64,000 nt of DNA. It comes from Selaginella moellendorffii (taxonomy: Eukaryota; Plantae; Lycopodiophyta). The notes under the pieces were generated by a model. The model saw only the letters and a list, made by a program, of their open reading frames with translations, was not told the DNA's origin and ran no database searches. Numbering within the stretch: the stretch's first letter is position 1; each line of letters opens with the position of its first letter. A program made the translations under genes and the position numbers. Positions 10,201-22,247 of this stretch are shown piece by piece. The stretch spans positions 737,751-801,750 of the forward strand of contig NW_003314339.1 in assembly GCF_000143415.4 (NCBI RefSeq), written 5' to 3'.

Positions 10201-12908
10201 TGCACAAGGTAAGGTCACGTGAGGCCTCACGCCATTTTGATTATAGATCGTTGTGAATATTCAGACACGAGGACTGAAAAGCGCACTGGTGGCGCGTCGA
10301 AGAAGGACAAACAGACAAGCAATAGGAAAAAAGGAGGTACAAATTATATTTGCAATGGCGTGTGGTCTCATGCCATTCCTTGCAGGAGACACTTCTTCAA
10401 AGGCAAAACAGGCAAGCACCAGCCAAGCTCAAACTGACAGTGGTCATAAAAAGCGAAAGCACGTTGGACAGTCGTCGGGATCAGAGGCGTTTGATTCGAA
10501 AAGGAAGAAGGGCAACGAAAAGATGATAGGTAATGCCTCGCGGTTATGGCGTGTGTGCTCATGCCATTCATTGCAGATCAAGGGCTGAGTGAAAGGAGCC
10601 AGTCACCACCTTCTTACTCAGATTCCTATGGCGGACTCCCCTTCCCCAATCTCAATGGAGAGGTACAATGGATGAGGGATGCTTTTCAAGTCAGGGCCAC
10701 GTTTTTCTCATCTCGTCGTCTTCGAAGGGTGCAAGAACGTGCAGAAACCATGTTAAGACAGTCGGGTGAGGATACGGTCCTAGGTCACGCACTAAAACAG
10801 GCTATGGATGTCTTGTATTTTGAGATGGAGACTCGGCTAGATGATTTTTCCAAGATGGTCCTGGAAAAACAAGCCATCCAGCCTGAGCAGCCTATGGAAG
10901 AAATGCAAGAGGGGGATGAGGAGCCAGAGAAAGATAATGAGCAGGAAGAGCAGAAGGACGAAGAGGAGGACAAAGAAGAGGAGGACGAAGAAGAGGAGGA
11001 CGAAGAAGAGGAGGACGAAGAGGACTTGGATGGTCCTCACAATGGTGACGATCACAATAACGACGATGACGATGATGACGATGATGGCCAGCCTGAGGTG
11101 GCCAAAGAGCAGCGGAGGAAGGTCATACAAGACAAACCATCAGGTAAATAATAGTACATCCATTCCTAACCTTTTACCATTTCTAACATTGTCCATGTAG
11201 GTCGCAGAAGAAATGGTAAGTAGAGATTATTCAGTTGAATTAAGATACAAACTCTAGCCTTTAGTGTCGAGGAAGGATAGTGCCAAGCAAGGGTCGAAAC
11301 GTATGTCCAATCCTTCAGAATCAGCAGTGCGCCCAAGTGATATCGGTCCTAGTTCCTCAATAGCAGTTGATGGTAAATACAGTATAGTCGATTCAATGTG
11401 CTAATGAGTTTGTTTTTAGTAGCCAGTAGGGAGGATACCATCTCAATTGAAGGGAGATATTTGGACATGCATATGGATCCGCCAGTGGACTCTACTTGCC
11501 TGCAAGAGTCATCAGAGCTGGTGGAGGCTACTATCCATATCAACGCCAAGCAAGCTGACCACGCTCCACTTGATGCTACCCATACCACTGAGTCAATCTT
11601 GTCCACATATCCAACTGACGGTGACCAGGCGCCATTGGACCCGCATGAGGCCGCCCCAGCCGCCGAGCCGGTCGTATCCTCATTTCCAACGTGTGCCCAA
11701 TCGTCTGACTACGCGCCGTTGGAACCTCCCTACACCGCCCCTGCTGCCTGTTCGGTCATGTCCACTTTGCCAACGGAGGCACCAGCTGAAATGGCGTGTG
11801 ATCACACGCCATCGGAACCACCCCATGCCACTGTTGAGCCAGTTGTACCAGAGTCTACAGCTGAAATGGCATGTGCCCACACGCCATCGGATGCGATTGA
11901 CCCCACATTGCAGAGGAGAGTATTTCCGCCCTTCACGTTTCCTCGACAAAAACCCTCTGAACGACCATCGGGAGCACCATTCGCTAATATTGTAGATGGT
12001 AAAATTGACTTGTACCATTTTTTATGCTAACGCATTTCATTTCAGAGTCACGGCGAAAGTACTGTATCGTTTTTGATCTGAACGGTGTCCTTTTCTCCCA
12101 TGAGCGTGGCTCGTCCTCAAATGTCACTGCACCTTCCAAAGCCTGCGGTCGCAAGTTGGTCAAAAGAGACAGATTCACATTAATCACACGGGAGAAACTG
12201 CGGGATCTAATAATGACCATGCGACACTTAAAACAGAGGGCCGGGTTCAATTTGCAATTGGGAGTTTGGACATCCATGATGCGCCACAATGCATTAACGT
12301 TGCTACAGATGATGCACGATCAGACGCGAGTAATATTACCATTTGACTTTCTCCTAACGCAGGAGGATTGCTTGACTATGGTCCATGTGAGGGGTAGCAA
12401 GCCCATCTTCGTCAAGGCAGAGGCTGTAGTGATGAACCGGACTGCTAGGTCAAGTGAAATCCTCATCATCGATGACTCGCCGATTAAAACTGCAGCGAAC
12501 ACGCACACATATGCAGTGCACCCCATCTCTTGCAGTATGGAAACTAGGGAGAAGAAACCGTATGTTCTGGGGGACCTTGCAAAATGGCTTGAAGCGATGG
12601 TGATAGAGAACCGGCCAGTCCAGGAGGTGGCTGCAGAAATCAACCAAATGGCAGATGGAACGGTATATCAAAAGCCATTTGATCGGACAGACACCAGTCA
12701 TCATTTATGGCATGTATATTGTCTAGCCAAGCACTATCCGCATCTCCATAATCTGCTCAACCGGATGGGTTCTTCGACCACTGAACATGAGCGTGGACGT
12801 ATTAGAGAAGAGATGGCATTACTATTGGGTTTAAATCCTGATAGTGTGGAGAGTGATGAAATTCCAAGATTATTGTATAGGCGTTGGAGGCAAAAAATAA
12901 CAGTCTGA
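7300..12908 (+). pseudogene. 11-exon cargo gene (~1637 aa): ParB/DGQHR-like + degenerate amino-MTase-like + acidic linker + FCP1/NIF-like HAD phosphatase; one premature stop at 8640-8642
   Basis: Exons 7300-7302, 7542-8720, 8775-10083, 10134-10208, 10265-10336, 10386-10529, 10577-11143, 11201-11215, 11265-11372, 11420-11998 and 12046-12908 join in frame through GT-AG introns. The TGA at 8640 is CGA in copies 2 and 3. The first exon is the least certain. Confidence 0.82.
12046..12908 (+). CDS. Terminal exon encoding an FCP1/NIF (NLI-interacting factor)-like HAD phosphatase domain
   Basis: CIVFDLNGVL (motif I), GVWTS (motif II), KPIFVK (motif III), ILIIDDSPIKTAAN (motif IV). Confidence 0.85.
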
Positions 12909-13315
12909 GATGGCATGTATTTATTTAAAAATGTAACTTATTATGGCATGGGGTTCCATGCCATTGTATTAATATTAAAAGACAATTCTTTGAGAGGATT
13001 TGCATTATACTAGAAGTGTTACAGCATGTTATTGGAAGTCTACGAAGTTGTTTTATTAATAAGGGGAAAGTAAAGATTGAATGGGGACTTGGGCTCCACC
13101 TAGACTCGGAGCAACTGAGCCAATATTAAAAGGATGGAAAGAAATTGGACGACGATGACAAGGAGAAGAGAGAGGTGAAGCAGTGAGAAGTGATTGAGTA
13201 GACATTTCCTTGTTTAAAATAAAATGGCATGTGCCTCAATGCAGTTGAATTTTGTTATATTTATATACTATATAAAGGTTTGGAAACCTTATTTTACAAG
13301 TGGGATAATGACAAT

Positions 13316-13339
13316 TCCCACTTTAACGAAATAGAGCTT
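13316..13339 (-). repeat. Terminal inverted repeat (cargo-side end), copy 1
   Basis: TCCCACTTTAACGAAATAGAGCTT. Confidence 0.95.
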
Positions 13340-14735
13340 ATGCCCATTTACCTTGGTCACACTGGTGGTCCAACACCACCTACATTCCAATCCCGTCTCT
13401 CGAAGACTGGGTCATCCATCCATGAGTGGTCATCCCAGATCCACTCCTTAACATCCTTAGGATGCCTACAGACATGGAGAATAGCCTTCCCAAATATCTC
13501 TGTTTCGGTCCCCACCAAGTCCCTTTCTGTCCTTGGCTGTGTTCGCCAACACTGCCACTGGATCGAGGCCCACCGGCCCGACCACTAAGTCCCACTATCC
13601 TCTAGGACTTCCTCACTGTGTGACTGTGTCCTTGGTCACCACACCGGAGGGCTACCCCTCTTCCTTTCCACAGTCTGGGACTTTGGGACACCATTTCGGA
13701 ACACCGTGGCCTTACGCAAGCCTCATGGGTACTTTCCCCGCCTTTCGTCTTTAGGTGCTCTAGCCATGGGCTTAGAGCGAGGTTCCGTTGAGCCACACCA
13801 GGTATCCAAGTAGGTAGTGCCACCCACACTTGGACTGGGAGCATCGGCCAGTCGATCTCTTGGGGGAACTAGAGCCGGCTCTTGAACACTTCACCAAGCT
13901 ACCCCGCTTGTCGGTCCGTGTTCACTCTAGTCTTGGACTTCCCAGTGGGCAGCTCATCACCCAACACTGGGTCCGGCCTTCCTGGGCCAAACTGGCCTTT
14001 CCTGGCCAAACTGGCTCCACTGCAGTCCTCCCCCTACTATACTTTTGGAGCTCACCAAACCCCCCAGGGTCTGGGAGACGAACGCTTTGGGCTTTCACCC
14101 TCTCAGGCTTCGAACTCGGACTCGGACTCGGACTCGGACTCGGACTCGGACTCGGACTCGGACTCGGACTCGGATTTGGACTCGGACTCGGCCTCGGCCT
14201 CGGCCTCGGTCTCGGTCTCGGTCCCGATCTCGGTCTCGGTCTCGGTCCCGGTCTCGGTCTTGGTCCCGGTCTCGACTTCGGACTCCATCTCGGGTCCATC
14301 TCGGACTCCATCTCGGACTCCACCTCGGACTCCATCTCGGGTCCTTCTCGGACTCCATCTCGGACTCCATCTCGGGTCCATCTCGGGTCCATCTCGGACT
14401 CCATCTCGGACTCCATCTCGGGTCCATCTCGGGTCCATCTCGGACTCCACTTCGGGTCCATCTCGGACTCCAACTCGGGTCCGCCTCGAACTCCATCTCG
14501 GACACTTCCATGTGTCATGTGTTGGTCTTTTTTGGGTCCCTTTTTGAAGCCTCGCTTATTGCTCTCTTTGTGCTTGTTCCTCGAGCACTTCGTTGGGAGT
14601 TCCACTCCCGCTCTTGACTTTTCAAGTCGGAGCTTTTGGTCCAAACGTGTTACCCTCGTTTGGCTCTCGCTTCGGCCACTACCATGTGGCGCCCTTCCGG
14701 CTCCACTTTGGGGCCTAGGGATTTTGTGTCTCACA
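13340..14735 (-). mobile_element. Family B LTR, truncated exactly at the TIR of copy 1
   Basis: Ends with ...GGATTTTGTGTCTCACA like other B LTRs, but lacks the first ~230 bp (TGTAAGCGACT...GGCC) seen on the + strand of complete copies. Confidence 0.9.
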
Positions 14736-17170
14736 CCTAGTTCCTCCCCATTGCCAAGTCCTCTCACTTGACAAGTTGGTGATCATGCATGGACTCCTCC
14801 ATGCTTGGCCCCATGGCCCACCCTTTTTGAAGTTATCACCTTCAACTAGGGTATTTGTTCCCTTGACTTGCCAATCTCACTTTGGCAAGTCCTCCGACCA
14901 CTGTAACATGGTTCCTGCACAAGCGTGAAAGCCCTTAATCATCAAATTTCGTTCAAAGCCCTCTCTTTGAACACTCGGGAACTACTTCCCTAACCTTGAT
15001 AGCCTTGCCCCATGGCAAGCTTCAAGACCACGCTTCTGTTGCGCCATTCTGATTTTGCGCGTTCCTTGAACCATTTACGCTTGGCCTTTCTAGGTACTAA
15101 GCTACCTAGAATCTTTTTTGGGAACCTTGAAAGAACTCTATCCCTTAGTTTGCTAAGGCCTCCCTTTTTGCAAGCTTTCCAATTGCCATATAGTCTAACA
15201 TGGACAATTCCATATTTTAGACTCTCCATAGCATCACGGTTGCTAGCGGTAACACCCTCGAGCCCCCACTCAATTCTCCACTCCCAGTTGGCATAACCAA
15301 CCTTGGTTATGCCCTTCGATTCTTATGGTTCGGTTCTATCCCTTTACTTCTTGCTTTTGGCTTCACACCTTTCCTTTGGTCATTCTCCTCCAATCCAGGA
15401 GGATAGCTTTGCACTTTCTATCATGCCTTAGCAAGTATTCTTAGGGATGAACCTACCCGATAGCCTAGGGAGTGGTTCCTCAATCCAGGTATGTTCACCT
15501 TATAATCCCACACACCGGGATTACGTTGTTGCTTATGGGCCTTTGCATGCCCATTGCTAGCCTTGCCAAAATTCCATTTTTGGCTTTGTCCAATTCGAGT
15601 AGACAGTCTTCTCCTGTTTCCGCCACCTTGGACATTTGGATAGCACCTACTATCCATCATTCGCTAGGGACTTAGTCCCTTGGGCCTTATCTACTACCCT
15701 CGCGATATCAAACACCACCTTCTGGTGTTCTAGAGTGTTCGGGTGTCCCAATGACGGCTTCCTTGACAATGAGTATTTCCTTTTATGACATTGACTTACT
15801 ATATCGCAACATAAGCAACTTATCCCCCGCAAGGGTATATCCACTTCCCTATGCCATTAAGAAGGCTTGGGTAGCTACCTTCTACCCGTATAACCAATTA
15901 TTTTGCACCTCTTGCTTAGTTGCTTCGTAGTTGTCAAGTCCTACAACTCATTGCTGGTGCTTCCACACCTCCATCATTATCTGGGTCACCATACTCCAAC
16001 CGCATGCCTTCCAGCTTAGGCCATGCCATTCCCATTTCTATTAGGATTCCTTTGGCAAGGGGTTCTCATGAACCCACCAACATAGCCTCAAGGTATCACA
16101 CCTTGGCACATTTGGTGTCTCCACACCATCAGCTCCACGAGCCTACCTCTATGACACTTCTTCCTTGTGTCTAAGTCTTTGCTAAGACCAATACCACTCT
16201 TTCTCATGCCAACCATCCGTTAGCACTGTACCATAGAGGTCACACACAACTTTATGTCAAAGTTGTTTTCTTTTTGGGAACACCTTTCCCACGACTTTAG
16301 CATGGCACATATTGCCATCGATGAGATACCCTCTGTTCTCATCCTTGGATCCTATGATCCCCCCCCATCCTTCGTGGGGTACAACACACCTCAGTCCAAA
16401 TGCTTCCATCAGTCCTTTTAGGACCATCCCTTGACTCTACTTGAGTCATCCAGTAGTTTTGGACTTGGTTAATCCACAGACCTGTAAGGTTCTACTTGTG
16501 AGGCACTAGCTCACTGAAATACACTTTTTGCATTCCTGTCCTACTCAAAAGGACTATTTTCACAAGTTTTACTCTGACACTTGATTTTGTTCTCTGGGGC
16601 AACCTTTGCCCCTTAGGACTACTTGTCCATGTGATGAGAATACCAACTCATCTCTAAGTACACCCCCCAACTCCTTGGGTTGTTCCAGCATTTATTAGAG
16701 GTAGCCCCGGCTACCATTTCAAGGACTTGAGTCCTCTTCCATATTTGACCTCCCACAGTCATTACCTCTGGTCTCACATTCATGAGCACCAACCTCAACT
16801 ATATGAGGAAAATCTTGTGACTCCTTTATTGTTTTGGAGCCTAAATCTTTCCCGTGATCCCAACTATAGTTCTTTATCACAACTACGTTAGCCCATTTGT
16901 TGCGTCAAACGCTCATCTGGATCACATCCTCAGCTCTCTGAGGAGACCTTATACTGTTCCCAAGATCCCAAAGTCGTTCCATTATTGGCCCTTTTATATC
17001 CATCACATTGTGCCCAAGTTCACGCATAAACTTGAGTGGAGAGCCATGTCCTCTCGACATGCTACTCCTCCAGGATAGGCCCACTCCTAGGACTTTCCAA
17101 TGCCAACATCAATGGTGATATACTTGAGCACCAATAAAAGTTGGACTAAGGAACAGCTCCGATACCAAAT
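14736..17170 (-). mobile_element. Non-coding internal region of family B LTR element (LARD-like)
   Basis: Homologous to 26159-26714 plus 46227-46655; no long ORF; ends at a PBS next to the LTR at 17171. Confidence 0.75.
17156..17167 (-). promoter_or_regulatory. Primer-binding site (tRNA-iMet type) of family B element
   Basis: Minus strand reads ...TTACA-ATT-TGGTATCGGAGC, the same PBS as family A. Confidence 0.85.
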
Positions 17171-17815
17171 TGTAAGCAACTAATTTTTCGATTTTACTTT
17201 AGTCACTTAACTGTACCTCCGACCACTTGGAGGAGTCTTATTCACAACCTCCATAAGTCCCAGTTCAGACTTGGGGTTTGCCAGCCCTGAGAATGGCATC
17301 CATGCCACTCAACCTTTGCACTTAGTCCAAGTGCTCCACGTGTCCGATCCCATGACCGACACTCCAAGGTACCACCGACATGGCAGCCCGTTACGCTAAG
17401 GCCATGCCCAATCACCTTTGCCACACTGGTAGTCTAATACCACTTGTATCACAGTCTTGGCTCTCCAAGACTAGGCAAACCATCCATGAGTGGTCATCTC
17501 AAATCCACTCCTTAGCATCCTTAGGATGCCCACCGACAAGGGGAATAGCCTTCCCCAATATCCCTCTATCAGTCCCCACTAAGTCCTTTTCTACCCCTGG
17601 CTGTGTTTGCCAACACTGCCACTGGATCGAGGCCCACAAGCCCGACCACTAAGTCCCACTATCCTTTGGGACTTCCTCACCATGTGACCGTATTCTTGGT
17701 CACTGCATTAGAGGCCTACTCCTCTTCCCTTTCACCGTTTGGGACTTTGGGACAACATTTTGAAACACTGTGGCCTTACGTAAGCCTCATGGGTACTCTC
17801 CCCGCCTTTCGCCTT

Positions 17816-20448
17816 TGTGAGACACAAAATCCCTAGGCCCCAAAGTGGAGCCGGAGGGGCGCCACGTGGTAGTGGCCGAAGCGAAAGCCAAATGAGCGTA
17901 ACACGTTTGGACTAAAAGCTCCGCCTTGAAAGGTCGAGAGCGGGATTGGAACTCCCAACGAAGTGCTCGAGAAACAAGCACAAAGAGAGCAATAAGCAAG
18001 GCTCCAAAAAGGGACCCAAAAGGACCAACACATGACACATGGAAGTGTCCGAGATGGAGTTCGAGGCGGACCCGAGTTGGAGTCCGAGATGGACCCGAAG
18101 TGGAGTCCGAGATGGACCCGAGTGTGGAAGTGTCCGAGATGGACCTAAGTTGGAGTCCAAAGTGGAGTCCAAGAAGGACCCCGAGATGGAGTCCAAGGTG
18201 GAGTTCGAGATGGACCCGAGATGGACCCGAAATGGACCCAAGATGGGACCCGAGATGGAGTTCGAGATGGAGTCCGAGATGGAGTCCGAGAAGGAATCCG
18301 AGATGGACCCGAGATGGAGTCCGAGATGGAGTCCGAGATGGACTCAAGATGGACCCGAGATGGACCCGAGATGGAGTCTGAGATGGAGTTCGAGAAGGAC
18401 CCGAGATGGAGTCCGAGGTGGAGTCCGAGATGGAGTCCGAAGTCGAGACCGGGACCAAGACTGAGACCGGGACCGAGACCAAGACCGAGATCGGGACCGA
18501 GACCAAGGCCGAGGCCGCGGCCGAGTCCGAGTCCGAGTCCAAATCCGAGTCCGAGTTCGAGCCTGAGAGGGTGAAAGCCCAAAGCATTCGTCTCCCAGAC
18601 CCTGGGGGGTTTGGTGAGCTCCAAAAGTATAGTAGGGGGAGGACTGCAGTGGAGCCAGTTTGGCCAGGAAAGGCTAGTTTGGCCCAGGAAGGCCAGACCC
18701 AGTGTTGGGTGATGAACTGACCACTGGGAAGTCCAAGACTAGAGTGAATACGGACCGACAAGCGGGGTAGCTTGGTGAAGTGTTCAAGAGCCGGCTCTAG
18801 TTCCCCCGGGAGATCGACTGGCCGATGCTCCCAGTCCAAGTGTGGGTGGCACTACCTACTTGGATACCTGGTGTGGCTCAACAGAACCTCGCTCTAAGCC
18901 CATGGCTAGAGCACCCAAACGCAGAAGGCGAGGAGAGTACCCATGAGGCCCGCATAGGGCCACGGTGTTCCGAAATGTTGTCCCAAAGGCCCAGACTGTG
19001 GAAAGGAGGAGGAGTAGTCCTCTAGTGTAGTGACCAAGGATACAGTCGAGTGGTGAGGAAGTCCCAAAGGACCGTGGGACTTAGTGGTCAAGCCTGTGGG
19101 CCTCGATCCAGTGGCAGTGTAGGCGAACACGGCCATGGGCAGAAAGGGACTTGGTGAAGACCGGAAAAGGGATATTGGGGAAGGCTATTCCCCATGTCTG
19201 TGGGCATCCTAAGGATGCTAAGGAGTGGATCTGGAATGATCACTCATGGACGGATGGCCCAGTCCTTGAGAGATGGGACTGTGATGCAGGTGGTGTTATG
19301 TAAGCGACTAAATTTTCCATTCTACTTTAGTCACTTAACCACACCTCTGACCACTTGGAGGAGTCTCATTCACAACCTCCATAAGTCCCATCCAGGACTT
19401 GGGACTTGCTAGCCCCGAGAATGGCATCCATGCCACTCAACATTTGCACTTGGTCCAAGTGCTCCACGTGTCCGATCCCATGACCGACACTCAAAGGTAC
19501 CACCGACATAGCAGCCCGTTACGCTAAGGCCATGCCCAATCACCTTTGCCACACTGGTAGTCCAATACCACTTGCATTACCGTCTTGGCTCTCCAAGACT
19601 AGGCAAACCATCCGTGAGTGGTCATCTCAGATCCACTCCTTAGCATCCTTAGGATGCCCACCGACAAGGGGAATAGCCTTCCCCAATATCCCTCTGTTAG
19701 TCCCCACTAAGTCCCTTTCTGCCCCTGGCCGTGTTTGCCAACACTGCCACTGGATCGAGACCCACAGGCCCGACCACTAAGTCCCACGGTCCTCTGGGAC
19801 TTCCTCACCACACGACTGTGTCCTTGGTCACTACCCCAGAGGACTGCTCCTCTTCCTTTCCACAGTCTGGGCCTTTGGGACAACATTTCGGAACACCGTG
19901 GCCTTACGCGAGCCACCTGGGTACTCTCCTCGCCTTCTGCCCTTGGGTGCTCTAGCCATGGGCTTAGAGCGGGTTCCGTTGAGCCACACCAGGTATCCAA
20001 GTAGGTAGTGCCACCCACACTTGGACTGGGAGCATCGGCCAGTCGATCTCCCGGGGGAACTAGAGCCGGCTCTTGAACACTTCACCAAGCTACCCCGCTT
20101 ATCGGTCTGTGTTCACTCTAGTCTTGGACTTCCCAGTGGGCAGCTCATCACCCAACACTGGGTCCGGCCTTCCTGGGCCAAACTGGCCTTTCCTGGCCAA
20201 ACTGGCTCCACTGCAGTCCTCCCCCTACTATACTTTTGGAGCTCACCAAACCCCCCAGGGTCTGGGAGACGAACGCTTTGGGCTTTCACCCTCTCAGGCT
20301 CCGGATTCGGACTCGGACTCGGACTCGGACTCGGACTCGGACTCGGACTCGGACTCGGACTCGGACTCGGACTCGGACTCGGACTCGGATTCGGACTCGG
20401 ACTTGGGCTCGGGCTCGGTCTCGGCCTCGGCCTCGGTCTCGGTCCCGA

Positions 20449-20480
<32 letters not shown>

Positions 20481-21355
20481 CCGGTCTCGGTCTCGACTTC
20501 GGACTCCATCTCGGACTCCATCTCGGACTCCATCTCGGGTCCATCTCGGACTCCATCTCGGACTCCATCTCGGACTCCATCTCGGGTCCACCTCGGACTC
20601 CATCTCGGACTCCATCTCGGACTCCATCTCGGACTCCATCTCGGGTCCATCTCGGACTCCACTTCGGACTCCAACTCGGGTCCATCTCGGGTCCACCTCA
20701 GACTCCACTTCGGACTCCAACTCGGGTCCATCTCGGGTCCACCTCGGACTCCACTTCGGACTCCATCTCGGGTCCATCTCGGACTCCACTTCGGACTCCA
20801 ACTCGGACTCCATCTCGGACTCCACTTCGGACTCCAACTCGAGTCCATCTCGGACACTCCCACGTGTCATGTGTTGGTCCTTTTGGGTCCCTTTTTGGAG
20901 CCTCACCTTTTGCTCGCTTCGTGCTCGTTCCTCGAGCACTTCGTTGGGAGTTCCACTCCCGCTCTTGACTTTTCAAGTCGGAGCTTTTGGTCCAAACATG
21001 TTACGCTCGTTTGGCTCTCGCTTCGGCCACTACCATGTGGCGCCCTTCCGGCTCCACTTTGGGGCCTAGGGATTTTGTGTCGCACATGTTAGTCCACCGG
21101 TGTGACCCAGGGTAAAGGGGCATGGCCTTAGCGTAACAGGCTGATATGTTGGTGGTACCTTGGGGTGTTGGTCATGGGATCGGACACGTGGAGCACTTGG
21201 ATCAAGTGCATAGGTTGAGTGGCGGGGATGCCATTCTCGGGGCTAGCAAGCCCAAGTCTGAAATAGGACTTATGGAGGTTGTGAGTGAGACTCCTCCATG
21301 CCGTTGGAGGTAAGGTTAAGTGACTAAAGTAGAATGGAAAAATTAGTCGCTTACA
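17816..21355 (+). mobile_element. Family B solo LTR (opposite orientation), TSD GCCTT
   Basis: TGTGAGACAC...AGTCGCTTACA; GCCTT at 17811-17815 and 21356-21360. Confidence 0.9.
19299..21086 (-). mobile_element. Family B solo LTR nested in a solo LTR, TSD TGTTA
   Basis: TGTAAGCGACT...TGTCGCACA; TGTTA at 19294-19298 and 21087-21091. Confidence 0.9.
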
Positions 21356-22247
21356 GCCTTTAGGTGCTCTAGCCATGGGCTTAGAGCGAGGTTTCGTTGA
21401 GCCACGATAGGTATCCAAGTAGGTAGTGCCACCCACACTTGGACTGGGAGCATCGGCCAGTTGATCTCCCAGGGGAACTAGAGCCGGCTCTTGAACACTT
21501 CACCAAGCTACCCCGCTTGTCGGTCCGTGTTCACTCTAGTCTTGGACTTCCCAGTGGGCAGCTCATCACCCAACACTGGGTCCGGCCTTCCTGGGCCAAA
21601 CTGGCCTTTCCTGGCCAAACCGGCTCCACTGCAGTCCTCCCCCCCACTATACTTTTGGAGCTCACCAAACCCCCCAGGGTCTAGGAGATGAACGCTTTGG
21701 GCTTTCACCCTCTCAGACTATCTCGGGTCCATCTCGGGGTCCATCTCGGACTCCATCTCGGGTCCATCTCGGACTCTATCTCAGGTCCATCTCGGACTCC
21801 ATCTTGAACTCCATCTCGGGTCCATCTCGGACTCCATCTCGGGTCCATCTCGGGTCCATCTCGGACTCCATCTCGGGTCCATCTTGGACTCCATCTCGGA
21901 CTCCATCTCGAGTCCATCTTGGGTCCATCTCGGACTCCATCTCAGGTCCATTTCGGGTCCATCTCGGACTCCATTTCGGGTCCGTTTCGGACTCAATCTC
22001 GGATCCATCTCGGACATTTCCACGTGTCATGTGTTAGTCCTTTTTGGGTCCCTTTTTGGAGCCTCGCTTATGGCTCGCTTTGTGCTCATTCCTCAAGCAC
22101 TTTGTTAGGGGTTCCACTCCCGCTCTCGACCTTTCAAGGCAGAGCTTTTAGTCCAAACGTGTTACGCTCGTTTGCCTTTCGCTTCAGCCACTACCACGTG
22201 GCACCCCTCCGGCTCTACTTTGGGGCCTAGGGATTTTGTGTCTCACA

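Larger units (their letters stand above)
135..13339. mobile_element. Large Sola-like TIR DNA transposon, copy 1 (13.2 kb, intact transposase ORF)
   Basis: Perfect 24-bp TIRs at 135-158 and 13316-13339; colinear with copies at 29330-42327 and 49141-63915. Flanks (TAGT / ATGC) do not form a TSD. Confidence 0.93.
17171..22247 (-). mobile_element. Family B 5' LTR (pieces 17171-17815 and 21356-22247) split by nested solo LTRs
   Basis: TGTAAG...TCTCACA ends; the sequence resumes after the GCCTT duplication. Confidence 0.88.

Noticed and set aside
361-13245. Palindromic repeats as a CRISPR-like array or MITE family
   Set aside because: Spacing is irregular (tens of bp to more than 1 kb), there are no uniform spacers, TSDs or cas genes, and some copies are in coding frame.
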